From Candidatus Gastranaerophilales bacterium (GTDB lineage: Bacteria; Cyanobacteriota; Vampirovibrionia; Gastranaerophilales; Gastranaerophilaceae), in assembly GCA_021205645.1 (NCBI GenBank), contig JAJPXE010000114.1, positions 1 through 44,879 on the forward strand: a DNA stretch of 44,879 bases. Direction: 5' to 3'. Of the stretch, positions 9,120 to 18,718 are shown piece by piece; the first letter of the stretch is position 1; the number at the start of each line of letters is the position of its first letter. The notes beneath the pieces are model-generated. The model was not told where the DNA came from, ran no database searches, and worked only from the letters and a program-made list of their open reading frames with translations. Both the position numbers and the translations under genes were made by a program.

Positions 9120-9737
9120 ATGTCAGAATTTTTTGAAATTGCAATTCCTAACAACCTTGAAAATCTGCAACTGCCAGACCCGGCATTGTTGAAGTATTAT
9201 CAGGATGCGGAGCGGCGCACCTATTGGATTGATTGCGGCATTGATGACGACACCCTGGATGTTGTGCGGGCAATCATGGAACACAACAGAGAAGACAGGG
9301 ACAAGGAAGTGTCAGAACGGAAGCCGATTTGGTTGCTGATTAACAGTGATGGCGGAGATGTGCCTGTGATGTGGTCGATTATGAATGCAATTATGACCAG
9401 CAAAACGCCGGTTAATACAGTGGTTATCTGTGGGGCATTTAGTGCGGCGGCAATGATTCTAGGTGTTGGACATAAGCGATATGCCCTGAAGGGGTCTAGC
9501 TGCATGGTACATAACGGTTCTGTGAGCCTGCGTGGACAAACAGATAGCGTCAATGTGGCAAAGAAATTTTACGACAAGTTGGATGTAAAGGCCACCAACG
9601 CATTTCTGGAGCGAACAAAAATCAATCCAAGGACTTATAAAAAGAAAGCCGTCTCTGATTGGTACATGGATGAGAATGAGATGCTGGAAAATGGCGTGAT
9701 TGACGAGATTGTGCAGGATTTGGATGACATTTTATAA
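9120..9737 (+). CDS. ClpP-family (S14) serine protease
   Basis: LLINSDGGDV, catalytic-Ser context ICGAFSAAAMILGVG and His context SSCMVHNGS follow the ClpP pattern. GGAGGA SD. Confidence 0.75.
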   Translation: MSEFFEIAIPNNLENLQLPDPALLKYYQDAERRTYWIDCGIDDDTLDVVRAIMEHNREDRDKEVSERKPIWLLINSDGGDVPVMWSIMNAIMTSKTPVNTVVICGAFSAAAMILGVGHKRYALKGSSCMVHNGSVSLRGQTDSVNVAKKFYDKLDVKATNAFLERTKINPRTYKKKAVSDWYMDENEMLENGVIDEIVQDLDDIL

Positions 9738-9749
9738 GGAGCTGAAGTT

Positions 9750-9965
9750 ATGGCAGGCAGTATTGTGAAAAAGAGTTCATTGAGTGCTAAAGGCATTCTT
9801 TATATAGAGAACGGGGCAGTTTATTTGGAGAACCCCGACACCGGAGAGGCAGTTTCTATGGACAAGCTGCTGGCAGATTTTGAGGAAAAAACGGTCAGCA
9901 TGAGCGTCAGCTATAATGAGGAATTCGAAACTGCCGTCATTCAAGAAAATTATCAGGAGGAATAA
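9750..9965 (+). CDS. small protein resembling SPbeta YonK
   Basis: 71 aa. The pattern SAKGILYIENG....E..S...LLADFEEKTVSMSVSYNEE recalls the YonK family. Recollection-level match only. Confidence 0.4.
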   Translation: MAGSIVKKSSLSAKGILYIENGAVYLENPDTGEAVSMDKLLADFEEKTVSMSVSYNEEFETAVIQENYQEE

Positions 9966-9968
9966 AAA

Positions 9969-10283
9969 ATGGGAGCAAAAGCAAACAAGAGAGTGAATCA
10001 GCGAGAAGTGATTGACAGGATTCGGGAGCGTACAGGCTTCTCAAGGCGCACCATTAAAAATATCTTGGATTCAACCCGTGCGGTTTTGGTGGAGGAAGCA
10101 CAAGAGACAACAGCAGAAGATGTGACGCAGTTCATTCTCTTTGACGGGGTGTCTTTTATTCTGAGCGTTGTACCGGAACGTGAGCGCCGTGACCCCAGGA
10201 ATAATACACATATTACGGTTCCTGCTTCCGTAAAAGTAAAGGGTTACTTTTCTTACTCTTTTAAGCAGGAAATTAACGAATAA
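9969..10283 (+). CDS. HU/IHF-like DNA-binding protein (YonN-like)
   Basis: N-terminus NQREVIDRIRERTGFSRRTIKNILDSTRAVLVEE follows the HU helix-turn-helix body pattern, and a beta-arm-like region follows. Confidence 0.6.
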   Translation: MGAKANKRVNQREVIDRIRERTGFSRRTIKNILDSTRAVLVEEAQETTAEDVTQFILFDGVSFILSVVPERERRDPRNNTHITVPASVKVKGYFSYSFKQEINE

Positions 10284-10306
10284 AACCAAAAATGGAGGAA
10301 AATTGT

Positions 10307-10507
10307 ATGGAAAACAAAGAGTATCAGGTTGTTACAAGTCCCAGCGCGGCCCGTCATTTGATTCAGCGAGGGATGCGTGTGGTTGATATAAAGCCGAGTA
10401 AATTTGATGCAAAGCAAACGGTGTTTGTATTTGACAATACGGCAGAATTTCAAGAGATGTATCATACAGAGCTTGAAAAGGTGAAAGCGGCTAAAGAAAT
10501 TATTTAA
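10307..10507 (+). CDS. DUF5659-like small protein (paralogue 1 of 4)
   Basis: ATG 8 nt after GGAGG. The motif SAARHLIQRGMRVVDIK....KQTVFVFDNTAEF is shared with the ORFs at 16372, 19851 and 26199. Confidence 0.5.
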   Translation: MENKEYQVVTSPSAARHLIQRGMRVVDIKPSKFDAKQTVFVFDNTAEFQEMYHTELEKVKAAKEII

Positions 10508-10520
10508 AATACATTCCCCC

Positions 10521-10556
10521 CCCCTGCTGGATTTTCCCGGCAGGGGTTTTGTCGTT
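10521..10556 (+). terminator. rho-independent terminator
   Basis: CCCCTGCTGG / CCGGCAGGGG stem (one G-U pair) followed by TTTTGTCGTTT. Confidence 0.7.
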
Positions 10557-10578
10557 TAGGAGAAAGAGGTGAAAGAAA

Positions 10579-11817
10579 ATGCCGCGTGGAAGACCGCCAA
10601 AAAATGCAAAGCCAGTTGTTAAAGAGGACGAAATTAAATGTCTATGTCCATATTGCAATAAGATGAAGATGCCGTCTGAGTTTTATGTCAGTTCAGATTC
10701 TAAGCTAATGACCGGAAGAACTGTGATGTGCAAGACTTGCGCAGAGCGGATTGCAAGAAATTATGACGAGAGAACAAAGACCTTTGGAGACTGTACAAAA
10801 GCGAGTATCCAGGAGGCATTGGAGCGCCTGGATAAACCTTATTTGGACGATTTGTGGGAGACATCTTATCAGGAGTTTGCAAGTACGAAAAAGACAAATA
10901 TTTGGGCGGCGTATATCAAGAATGTGAGTATGCCGCAGTATAAAACAATGCGTTGGCGTGATGGAGACTTATATTCTAATTACAGAGAGATGGCAATTAA
11001 ACAGGCTAGGAAAGAAGCAAGAGAATCTTCATTGCCGCCAGATTCCAGTTCTAAGGTTCTGGATATTTCTGAAGAATACCAGCGGAATAAGAATGATGTT
11101 ATTCGGCTGTTGGGGTATGACCCCTTTGAATCAGAACTGGAAGCGGACAAGCCACTGCTGTATTCCCAGTTGATTGGTTATTTGGATTTGGGCGGAGACA
11201 ACGAGGACATGATGCGCGTTTCTTCCGCTGTCACAATTGTGCGTGGTTTTTTACAGCAATCTAAGATTGACGACATGATTGCGAGTGACATGAGCAGCCC
11301 CAATATTGCCAGCAAGACGGGAGAGATTAAGACGCTTCTTGACTCAAAACAGAAGATTAGTTCGACTATTTCACAGCTTGCAGAGCAAAGTTGTTTAAGT
11401 TTAAAGCACAATAAGAACGCCAGCAAAGGCGAAAATACATTTACTGGAAAAACAAAGCGGCTAAAAGAAATGAATCTGAGAGAAATGGAGAATAACGCCT
11501 TTGATGTGGGAACCTGCGAGGGTATGCGGCAGGTTGCAGATATTAGCAATGCGTCCATATTAAAGCAGATTCATTTAGACGAGAATGATTATACGGAGAT
11601 GCTGGCGCAGCAGAGAGATATGATTGTGAAACTCCAAAGAGAGGCAGATGAGGCAGTTGAGCAGTCGAGAATTCTACTGCGAGAAAATATGGATTTGAAA
11701 AATTTCATAATAGAGCAAGGGATTGACATTTCAGAGAACTTGTCCGACAGCACCATATTGACCGTTGAGGAGGAGGTGGCTGAGTCGGATGAGCGAGAAG
11801 TTGATTCTGCCAAATGA
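10579..11817 (+). CDS. hypothetical zinc-ribbon/coiled-coil protein; candidate small terminase by position only
   Basis: AGGAGAAAGAGG SD. N-terminus has CLCPYCN...CKTC, and the C-terminus is acidic and coiled-coil-like. Lies immediately upstream of, and overlapping, the large terminase gene. Confidence 0.35.
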   Translation: MPRGRPPKNAKPVVKEDEIKCLCPYCNKMKMPSEFYVSSDSKLMTGRTVMCKTCAERIARNYDERTKTFGDCTKASIQEALERLDKPYLDDLWETSYQEFASTKKTNIWAAYIKNVSMPQYKTMRWRDGDLYSNYREMAIKQARKEARESSLPPDSSSKVLDISEEYQRNKNDVIRLLGYDPFESELEADKPLLYSQLIGYLDLGGDNEDMMRVSSAVTIVRGFLQQSKIDDMIASDMSSPNIASKTGEIKTLLDSKQKISSTISQLAEQSCLSLKHNKNASKGENTFTGKTKRLKEMNLREMENNAFDVGTCEGMRQVADISNASILKQIHLDENDYTEMLAQQRDMIVKLQREADEAVEQSRILLRENMDLKNFIIEQGIDISENLSDSTILTVEEEVAESDEREVDSAK

Positions 11818-14800
11818 TTATAAAGTATTTGAAGCGCCAAATGACTATGGTGTTTCACAGAGAAAACTCCGGGGCTTTAAAGAGCTTGCGGAGTTTCGTG
11901 CTTATTATAACAGGAACCCGGTTAAGTTTATGGAGGATATACTGGGGGCAAAACTGTTAGACTCTCAGGCGTATTGTGTTCAGGCTAGTTGGGACACTCC
12001 TTATGTAGTATGGGTGTGTTCGAGAGGGTACGGGAAAGCTATTTGCACAAAAACTAGGCTTCCAACCCCCAACGGATTTAGGCAACTTGACGAAATTGGG
12101 GTTGGGGATTATGTATTTGGAGACGATGGCAAACCTGCAAGAGTTATCCACGTTTCACCCACTTTTTATGACCATGATTGCTATAAGATGACTTTTTCAG
12201 ATGGGGAAGAAATTGTAGCGGATGCCGACCACATTTGGACAATGTATAAGTATGGTCGGCTTGGAGATTTTACAACCGCTGAGCTTGCAAAAGAATATAG
12301 AAGATACTGGAATAGAGCAGACCCTTCTAAAAATGGCTGGGAATATCTCTATAAAGTTGATATTTGTAAGCCACTTGAATATAAAGAGCAGGATTTATTG
12401 ATAGACCCATACATATTGGGGCTGTGGCTTGGAGATGGAAGTTCTTGGAGTAGCTTATTGACTGTCGCTACTACGGATTTAGAAGAAACTGTTAAAAATA
12501 TTGAGGCGACCGGGTATAAAGTTTATAGTGTGACAAAGAATAGGAATAATAAAAGCGTCTGTATTCATACTCCAGACGATAAGCCACTTATAACATTGTT
12601 GCGCCAGGAAAATTTATTCCGCAATAAACACATTCCTCAACAATATCTTTATGGAAGCATAGAACAGCGTCTTGCGTTACTCCAAGGGTTGATGGATACA
12701 GATGGAACTGTTGATAAATATGAGAACTGTTCATTTGTCCAGTGTATTGCCCACGAGGACATTGTAGATGATACTGTTAGACTAATAGAGTCTCTTGGCA
12801 TGAAAACGAGCGTAATGTTGAAAGAAAAAACCTGCAACGGCAAACGCTTCAAAGCCAAGGAAGTCTACTTTAGGGCCGACAAACAGCTTCCCGTCTTTCG
12901 TATGAGGCGCAAATATGACCGGCTTCCAGAACACAGGCCACCAAATGCGCTGCACAAATCTCTCATTAACATAGAACAGGTCGAGAGTGTCCCGACCAAA
13001 TGTTTGATGGTTGATAATGACAGCCATCTTTTTTTGTGCGGAAATAAGAACACCATTACACATAATAGCACTTTGGTTGACCTTATTTTGATGTCAAAGT
13101 GCTTCCTGAATCCGAATTACATGGCATATATTGCGGCTGGCAGCTCAGAACAGAGTATTCAAACCTTCCAGACGCTTTACAAGTTGGCGCATAAATCTAT
13201 TGAATCTATGCCCGGTTTGACAGACCTGTTTAAACAAGAGGTAGAGATTAAGAACGCTACTGGGGACGGCTTTGTGCGTAACCCCGCTGGCAATTATGTG
13301 TCACTATATAATGGCAGCATGATAAAAACGCTAAACAGCAACATTAACCTGCGTCGTGGCGCTCGTGCCAACATGGTGATGTTTGATGAGACGGGCTGGC
13401 TTTCTGAGGAAATGCTGGCCGTTTATGCTGCTTTTACTATCGTGAATAAGGATATGAAGCTGGGCGGCGACATAGACCAGGAGACAATCAAGACGCTTCC
13501 AAAGGATATAGCCAACCAGTTATTTTATGTGTCCTCGGCATCATCCATCTCTACTCCGTTTTATCAGCGGTACAGAGAGTTTTCCAAGCAGATGCTGCTG
13601 GGGAATAAAGATTATTTTGTGGCTGAGATAAATTGTGATGTTGTGATTAACGCCACTGTGGGCGGCAAAGTCTATCCGGCCTCACTGTTAAAGCGGGAAA
13701 CAGTTGAGACAGAGATGCGGAACAATTCAGAGAAGGCGTCCCGCGAGTTTTTCTGCCGTTTTTCTGACGGAGAGAGCTTGAATAACATTATTAAGCGGGC
13801 CTGGATTACCAGAAATTCTTATACCAGGAAGCCGATTTTGCATAATGATACAAATGAGCGCAAGATATGTCTCTTTTATGACCCTGCCCGCAGCTCTGAT
13901 AATTCAATTATGTTAGTTACAGAGCTATATAAGGACGAGAAAAAGGGCTACATGATGGATGTTATCAACTGTGTCAGTTTTGCAGATATTAGTCTGAGGA
14001 AGAAGACTCCAATGAGATACCAGGAGCAAATTGCGGCTATTCACGAGTTGTTGCTGGATTATAACGGGGATGCAGACGACTATGAAAATATTGAGGTCGT
14101 TATGGCCGATGCTGGTGCAGGCGGCGGGGGAAACTCGTGGTTTGGCGATTCGCTCATGGAGGATTGGGTTGATAACCGTGGCAACAAGCATCGTGGGCTG
14201 ATAGACAAGGAATATTCAGAGGAATATGTGCGCAGATTCCCGAATGCCATTAACAAGTTACGGCTGATGAATCCGGGCACCTATAAATCAGAGGCGTTTG
14301 AAGCTCTGATAAAAATGGTAGAAGCTGACCTTATCACCTTTCCGGCAGAGTATGACAACAAGGGCTATATAAACCTGATGGAAATAGATGAAAAAGTGCT
14401 GCGCAGGCAAAAAGATGAATTGTGGGAGAAAATCAATAAACTTGAGATTTCTGAGGTAGATAAAGAAGAACGGCTACAGGAAGAACTTGCGGCATTAGAT
14501 ATTGGCAAGATTAAAACAGAAAAACTGAGTGTCGAAGAAGAAGTTGCGCTCAAGCAAATAGATGCGATGAAGGAAGAAATTGTAAACATCTGCCGCACCA
14601 AGAGAGAGTCTGGGAAGGACAGCTTTAAGCTCCCCGCTTATAAGGATGCAGAAACAGGGGCCAGCGAAGCCACCATGCACGATGACCGAGCATATTGTTT
14701 GGCATTGGCGGGTTGGTATTTGTCCGAGCGGCGCATGGATGCAATTCGACGCAGGAAGAAACCCTCTACGAAAGGGATTGTAGATAAATTACCCGTGCAT

Positions 14801-14833
14801 AAAGCGAAACCAATTAAAAAGACATTTGGATGA
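11789..14833 (+). CDS. terL: terminase large subunit precursor (contains intein)
   Basis: P-loop region CSRGYGK, Walker B MVMFDETGW, and nuclease-domain acidic motifs FYDPARSSDNS and HDDRAYCLALA. ATG 11789 follows GAGGAGGAGG. Mature extein would be about 673 aa. Confidence 0.85.
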   Translation: MSEKLILPNDYKVFEAPNDYGVSQRKLRGFKELAEFRAYYNRNPVKFMEDILGAKLLDSQAYCVQASWDTPYVVWVCSRGYGKAICTKTRLPTPNGFRQLDEIGVGDYVFGDDGKPARVIHVSPTFYDHDCYKMTFSDGEEIVADADHIWTMYKYGRLGDFTTAELAKEYRRYWNRADPSKNGWEYLYKVDICKPLEYKEQDLLIDPYILGLWLGDGSSWSSLLTVATTDLEETVKNIEATGYKVYSVTKNRNNKSVCIHTPDDKPLITLLRQENLFRNKHIPQQYLYGSIEQRLALLQGLMDTDGTVDKYENCSFVQCIAHEDIVDDTVRLIESLGMKTSVMLKEKTCNGKRFKAKEVYFRADKQLPVFRMRRKYDRLPEHRPPNALHKSLINIEQVESVPTKCLMVDNDSHLFLCGNKNTITHNSTLVDLILMSKCFLNPNYMAYIAAGSSEQSIQTFQTLYKLAHKSIESMPGLTDLFKQEVEIKNATGDGFVRNPAGNYVSLYNGSMIKTLNSNINLRRGARANMVMFDETGWLSEEMLAVYAAFTIVNKDMKLGGDIDQETIKTLPKDIANQLFYVSSASSISTPFYQRYREFSKQMLLGNKDYFVAEINCDVVINATVGGKVYPASLLKRETVETEMRNNSEKASREFFCRFSDGESLNNIIKRAWITRNSYTRKPILHNDTNERKICLFYDPARSSDNSIMLVTELYKDEKKGYMMDVINCVSFADISLRKKTPMRYQEQIAAIHELLLDYNGDADDYENIEVVMADAGAGGGGNSWFGDSLMEDWVDNRGNKHRGLIDKEYSEEYVRRFPNAINKLRLMNPGTYKSEAFEALIKMVEADLITFPAEYDNKGYINLMEIDEKVLRRQKDELWEKINKLEISEVDKEERLQEELAALDIGKIKTEKLSVEEEVALKQIDAMKEEIVNICRTKRESGKDSFKLPAYKDAETGASEATMHDDRAYCLALAGWYLSERRMDAIRRRKKPSTKGIVDKLPVHKAKPIKKTFG
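12044..13066 (+). mobile_element. intein with LAGLIDADG homing-endonuclease domain (341 aa)
   Basis: Starts CTKTRLPTPNGFRQLDEIGVGDYV (block A). DADHIW (block B). Two LAGLIDADG motifs, ILGLWLGDGSS and LLQGLMDTDGTV. Ends FLCGNKNTITHN followed by +1 Ser (13067). Confidence 0.85.
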
Positions 14834-14848
14834 TGGAGGTGAGTATGA

Positions 14849-16369
14849 TTGGCAAGTAATAAGAAACCATTGACTGATGAGGAACGTATACAGAAATTGT
14901 CCAGGGAAGAAAAGAATCGGGCCGCATTCGCGTCTGTTAAAGATGCGCTCAGTCTGATTGACCTCACAAGCACAAAGTCTTATAGCTATACGACATATTC
15001 TAAGGAAAATTTAAGGACATATTTGAAGAATCCTTCCAGCGAGAGCAACCAAAAGAGCTTGAGGAAGTTAAGCAATTATTTATACACAGTTTCCTATGTG
15101 TATAGGCGATACATCAATTTTAAGGCTGAACAAATTCAGTGTAAAGCATGGAATGTCTATCCTAATATCTCAGTAACTGAGCCGCCCGACAAAGAAACGG
15201 TGCTGTCCAATTACGAGCGGGTTTGCAATGTCGTCAAGACCATGAATATGAAAAGCCAGATTTTCAAGTGTATGCTTCAGGCGTGGAAAACTGACGTTTG
15301 TTATGGCTATTGCTATGGCGACCCGGAGAAAAACGGGGAGTTCTTTATCCACCTGTTAGACCCGGATTATTGTAAAATTTCAAGCCAGCAATATTATGAC
15401 GGCGTTTTTGCGTTTGCGTTTGATTTTTCATTCTTTACAGGTACAAATGAATACTATCTGGATGTGTACGACCCCATTTTTAAGAAATATTATGAGGCGT
15501 ATCAAAAAGACAGTTCTCTGCGTTGGCAGGAATTGCCCGTAGAAAATACGTTTTGCATCAAGATAAATGTGGACAATACAGATTATCCGGTGCCGCCTTT
15601 GAGCGGAATGTTTGAAAGCATTATTGACTTGGTGGATTTGCAGGCCATTCAGAGTACAAAAGACGAGTTAAGCATCTACAAAATGATTTGGGCAAAAATT
15701 GACACCATTAGTGGAACGAAAGAAGTAGACGACTTCGAGATTGACCTTGATTTGGCAAATGAGTTCTACAAGAAGGTGCAATCAGCGCTGCCGGATGAAG
15801 TTACATTTGTGATGTCGCCAATGAATTTGAATTCACTGTCCTTCCAGGAGACAGATGCAAGCGATACAAACACCGTGGCGGATGCGTATGAAAACCTGAC
15901 TGATTCCAATGGCAGCATTGTTATGAATTCTGGGAAGATTACAAATTCGACTGCCTTTAAAATGGCGCTGCTGTTTGATTCATTGGATGCAATGGCTCCG
16001 GTGGAGCAGATAAATTCCTGGATTAACTTTTATATTTTGAATCATGTTGGGGAGACGGGCATGACTGTGGAATATAGTGACGTTTCTCCTTATTTTGTTG
16101 ATGATAAGATTGACAAGCTCTTAAAGGTTGCGCAATATGGCGTTCCTGTCAAGCTGGATTTGGCGTCACTGGCTGGCTCAAATCCGGTGAAAGCAAACGG
16201 TATGGCATATCTTGAAGATGCGCTTGGACTTGGAACGACAACGTGGATTAACCCGTTGGTTTCAAGTAATACTCAGGGGAGCGTTGATGGTGATGAAGGA
16301 CGACCCGTATCTGACGACAGTGAGATTTCCGCCGATGGCGTGGCAACAAGAGACAAGGGGGATAAGTAA
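14849..16369 (+). CDS. portal protein (by position and size)
   Basis: 506 aa ORF directly after terL. TTG start 6 nt after GGAGGTGAG. Acidic C-terminus. No motif check was possible by eye. Confidence 0.6.
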   Translation: MASNKKPLTDEERIQKLSREEKNRAAFASVKDALSLIDLTSTKSYSYTTYSKENLRTYLKNPSSESNQKSLRKLSNYLYTVSYVYRRYINFKAEQIQCKAWNVYPNISVTEPPDKETVLSNYERVCNVVKTMNMKSQIFKCMLQAWKTDVCYGYCYGDPEKNGEFFIHLLDPDYCKISSQQYYDGVFAFAFDFSFFTGTNEYYLDVYDPIFKKYYEAYQKDSSLRWQELPVENTFCIKINVDNTDYPVPPLSGMFESIIDLVDLQAIQSTKDELSIYKMIWAKIDTISGTKEVDDFEIDLDLANEFYKKVQSALPDEVTFVMSPMNLNSLSFQETDASDTNTVADAYENLTDSNGSIVMNSGKITNSTAFKMALLFDSLDAMAPVEQINSWINFYILNHVGETGMTVEYSDVSPYFVDDKIDKLLKVAQYGVPVKLDLASLAGSNPVKANGMAYLEDALGLGTTTWINPLVSSNTQGSVDGDEGRPVSDDSEISADGVATRDKGDK

Positions 16370-16371
16370 TT

Positions 16372-16557
16372 ATGACGGCACCAAAGTTTATTGTAACTTA
16401 CGACGAATCTACGGCCTCTTTGCTGACTGCGCAAGGATTTCGCCCCCTCCCTGATACCAGCTCTAGGTATGTTTTTATAGTTGAGAGCGGTAAAAAGATT
16501 GATTTTGATGAGGTTGACGTGTCGAAAATAAAATATACGAACACGTTAAATATTTGA
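16372..16557 (+). CDS. DUF5659-like small protein (paralogue 2 of 4)
   Basis: STASLLTAQGFRPLPDTSSRYVFIVESGKKIDF shares the A..L...G(5-12)VF.F pattern with the other three. Confidence 0.45.
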   Translation: MTAPKFIVTYDESTASLLTAQGFRPLPDTSSRYVFIVESGKKIDFDEVDVSKIKYTNTLNI

Positions 16558-16583
16558 CAAAATTGTGAAGGGAGGTTTTGGGA

Positions 16584-18116
16584 TTGAAATTTTATACACT
16601 AGATGATTTGTACAAATTTTGCAAGGAAAACAATATGCAGAGTTTTAGTGCAAAGGAAGGTGGCGCTCCCCTTTCTGTACATATGCTGGAGGCTTTTGAA
16701 GTTGCTGCTGCTCCTGATTCTGATGGATTACTGCCAGTGAAGCTGCAAGCCTGCCATACTGGTGTAAATAGGAATCAGTCATTCATCTCTGGGGAGACGA
16801 TGCAAAATTGCGCGGCCAGCTTTAAAGGGCGTCCCATTCTTGGGGCCATTCATCAAACTGACACGGGAGAATATGAGTTCCACAGCCATGACATGATGAA
16901 TGTTGAAGATGATGATGGGAATGAAACTGTTGAGTATATTGAACAGCCTATTGGCGCAATCAGTGACAGCAAAGACCCGTATTTGGAGCATGATGATGCC
17001 AACGATAAGGACTACCTTGTAGTTGAGGGCAATATTTTTGAGGATTATACCAAGGCCGCTGAGATTTTACAGCGGCATCAAAGTTGCCCCTGCTCTGTTG
17101 AGATTTTGATTAACGATATGTCATGGAATGTCGAGGATGATGTTCTGGTCATCAACGATTTTTCATTTAGAGGAGTGACTATTCTCGGCTATGAGCAGGA
17201 TGGTGTAACTCCCATTCAAGAAGGAATGCAGGGGTCGAATATAAAGATTCAAACCAATTCCGAGAAGAAAGGAGGAGAGATGAAGATGTCTGTTTTTGAG
17301 CAACTGCTGAAGCAATATGACGTTCAGGCAGAGGACTTGAACTTTGAGTATGCAGAGCTGTCTGACGAGGAATTAACTGAAAAGTTTAAAGCCCAGTTTG
17401 AGGCTGTCCCCGTAGAGGAGAATGAGTCTTCTGATGAAGCTACCTCAGTTGAGGATGAGGGCAGCGCCGAAGATGAAGGTGCCGATGGCGATGGTGATTC
17501 TGGCGAAGACACAACCTTTAATCGTACTTTCTCCATTGAGATTAGTCATGAGGACACTCGCAGCGCACTTTATAATCTGCTTGCCCCGATTGAGGCTGAA
17601 AATGACGATTATTTCTATATTCGTAATGTCTATGACAGTTATTTTGTAGTGGAGTCCTGGGTGACGAATAAGCTCTATAAGTGGGGCTATAGCGTTGAAG
17701 ATGCTGTTGTGTCTCTGAATGGGGAGCCGGAAGAGGTCTTTGAAATTGTGGTGAATGCCGCAGAGAAGGCTGCGCTGGAGCTGATGCGCTCTGAATATGC
17801 TGATTTAAAGGCATTTAAGCAGCAATATGATGAGGCGCAGCTTACCGCCCAAAAGGATGAAGTCTTCAATGAGTATGCGTTCCTTGAGGGCAATGAAGCC
17901 TTTGATAAGTTGAAGGAGAACGCAAAGGATTATTCTGTTGACGAGATTAAGACTCAGGTAAAGGTGATTCATTCTGATACTATTTGTGCTGGGCAAACTT
18001 TTGAGTTCGCCGCTGGCGCTCATACTCATGGCAAGAGTGTTGGAATCCTCAACAAGAGAAGCGTGGATGTTCCCGCTGAGTACAAGCCTTATGGAAGTAT
18101 CTTCGATGAGGACTAA
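16584..18116 (+). CDS. putative scaffolding protein, possibly with an N-terminal prohead-protease-like domain
   Basis: Lies between portal and capsid genes. Strongly acidic central tract (EENESSDEATSVEDEGSAEDEGADGDGDSGED). TTG at 16584 is 8 nt after GGAGG. The function is positional inference. Confidence 0.45.
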   Translation: MKFYTLDDLYKFCKENNMQSFSAKEGGAPLSVHMLEAFEVAAAPDSDGLLPVKLQACHTGVNRNQSFISGETMQNCAASFKGRPILGAIHQTDTGEYEFHSHDMMNVEDDDGNETVEYIEQPIGAISDSKDPYLEHDDANDKDYLVVEGNIFEDYTKAAEILQRHQSCPCSVEILINDMSWNVEDDVLVINDFSFRGVTILGYEQDGVTPIQEGMQGSNIKIQTNSEKKGGEMKMSVFEQLLKQYDVQAEDLNFEYAELSDEELTEKFKAQFEAVPVEENESSDEATSVEDEGSAEDEGADGDGDSGEDTTFNRTFSIEISHEDTRSALYNLLAPIEAENDDYFYIRNVYDSYFVVESWVTNKLYKWGYSVEDAVVSLNGEPEEVFEIVVNAAEKAALELMRSEYADLKAFKQQYDEAQLTAQKDEVFNEYAFLEGNEAFDKLKENAKDYSVDEIKTQVKVIHSDTICAGQTFEFAAGAHTHGKSVGILNKRSVDVPAEYKPYGSIFDED

Positions 18117-18179
18117 AGAATTTAAAAATTTGCGCGACTGCGCTTTTATATTTTATTTTAAGAAAGGATGAAATAAGTT

Positions 18180-18692
18180 ATGGCTAATGTGTTTGACAAT
18201 TATGTGGGCGAGCAGCACATTGTTTGCGAGTCTAGCCTGCTGAAAGCCACTTCTTGCGGCCATATCCTGTCTATGATTGCTCATAAGGACATGGATAATG
18301 GCACCATTGTTACCCGTGGCGATTGGGTCGAAGACCAGGTGTTTAATTCTGCGGATTATTCTGATGGTGACAAGCCCTATCTGGTTCTGACTACTCCCAT
18401 TGCGTATAACAGTGACCGCACTCTGTATCAGGATGAGTGCTATTTCTACAATGCTGAGGGCGAGGTCATGCGTTGTTATGAGCTGGTCGTGGACGATATT
18501 TTCACCGTCTCCGAGGAAGCTATTACTGCTCTGGCCGACGAGCCTGTTGCTGGCAACTATGTGACCGTTTCTGATGGCCTGTATGTCGAGTCTGAGGCTG
18601 AGGGCAGCGGTGGTTTAAGCTGCCAGATTCTGGAAAAGGTTGCTTATACCAATTACAATGCCTATCGCCTTCATGTGCGTTCTGTGGGCTAA
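18180..18692 (+). CDS. hypothetical head-module protein (170 aa)
   Basis: ATG after AAAGGATGA. Positioned between the scaffold and major capsid genes. Confidence 0.5.
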   Translation: MANVFDNYVGEQHIVCESSLLKATSCGHILSMIAHKDMDNGTIVTRGDWVEDQVFNSADYSDGDKPYLVLTTPIAYNSDRTLYQDECYFYNAEGEVMRCYELVVDDIFTVSEEAITALADEPVAGNYVTVSDGLYVESEAEGSGGLSCQILEKVAYTNYNAYRLHVRSVG

Positions 18693-18718
18693 TTTTTTGA
18701 GAAAGGAGGAAACGATTT

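Noticed and set aside
18132-18147. Possible terminator after the scaffold gene (GCGC GACT GCGC TTTT)
   Set aside because: The stem is only 4 bp, too weak to call.
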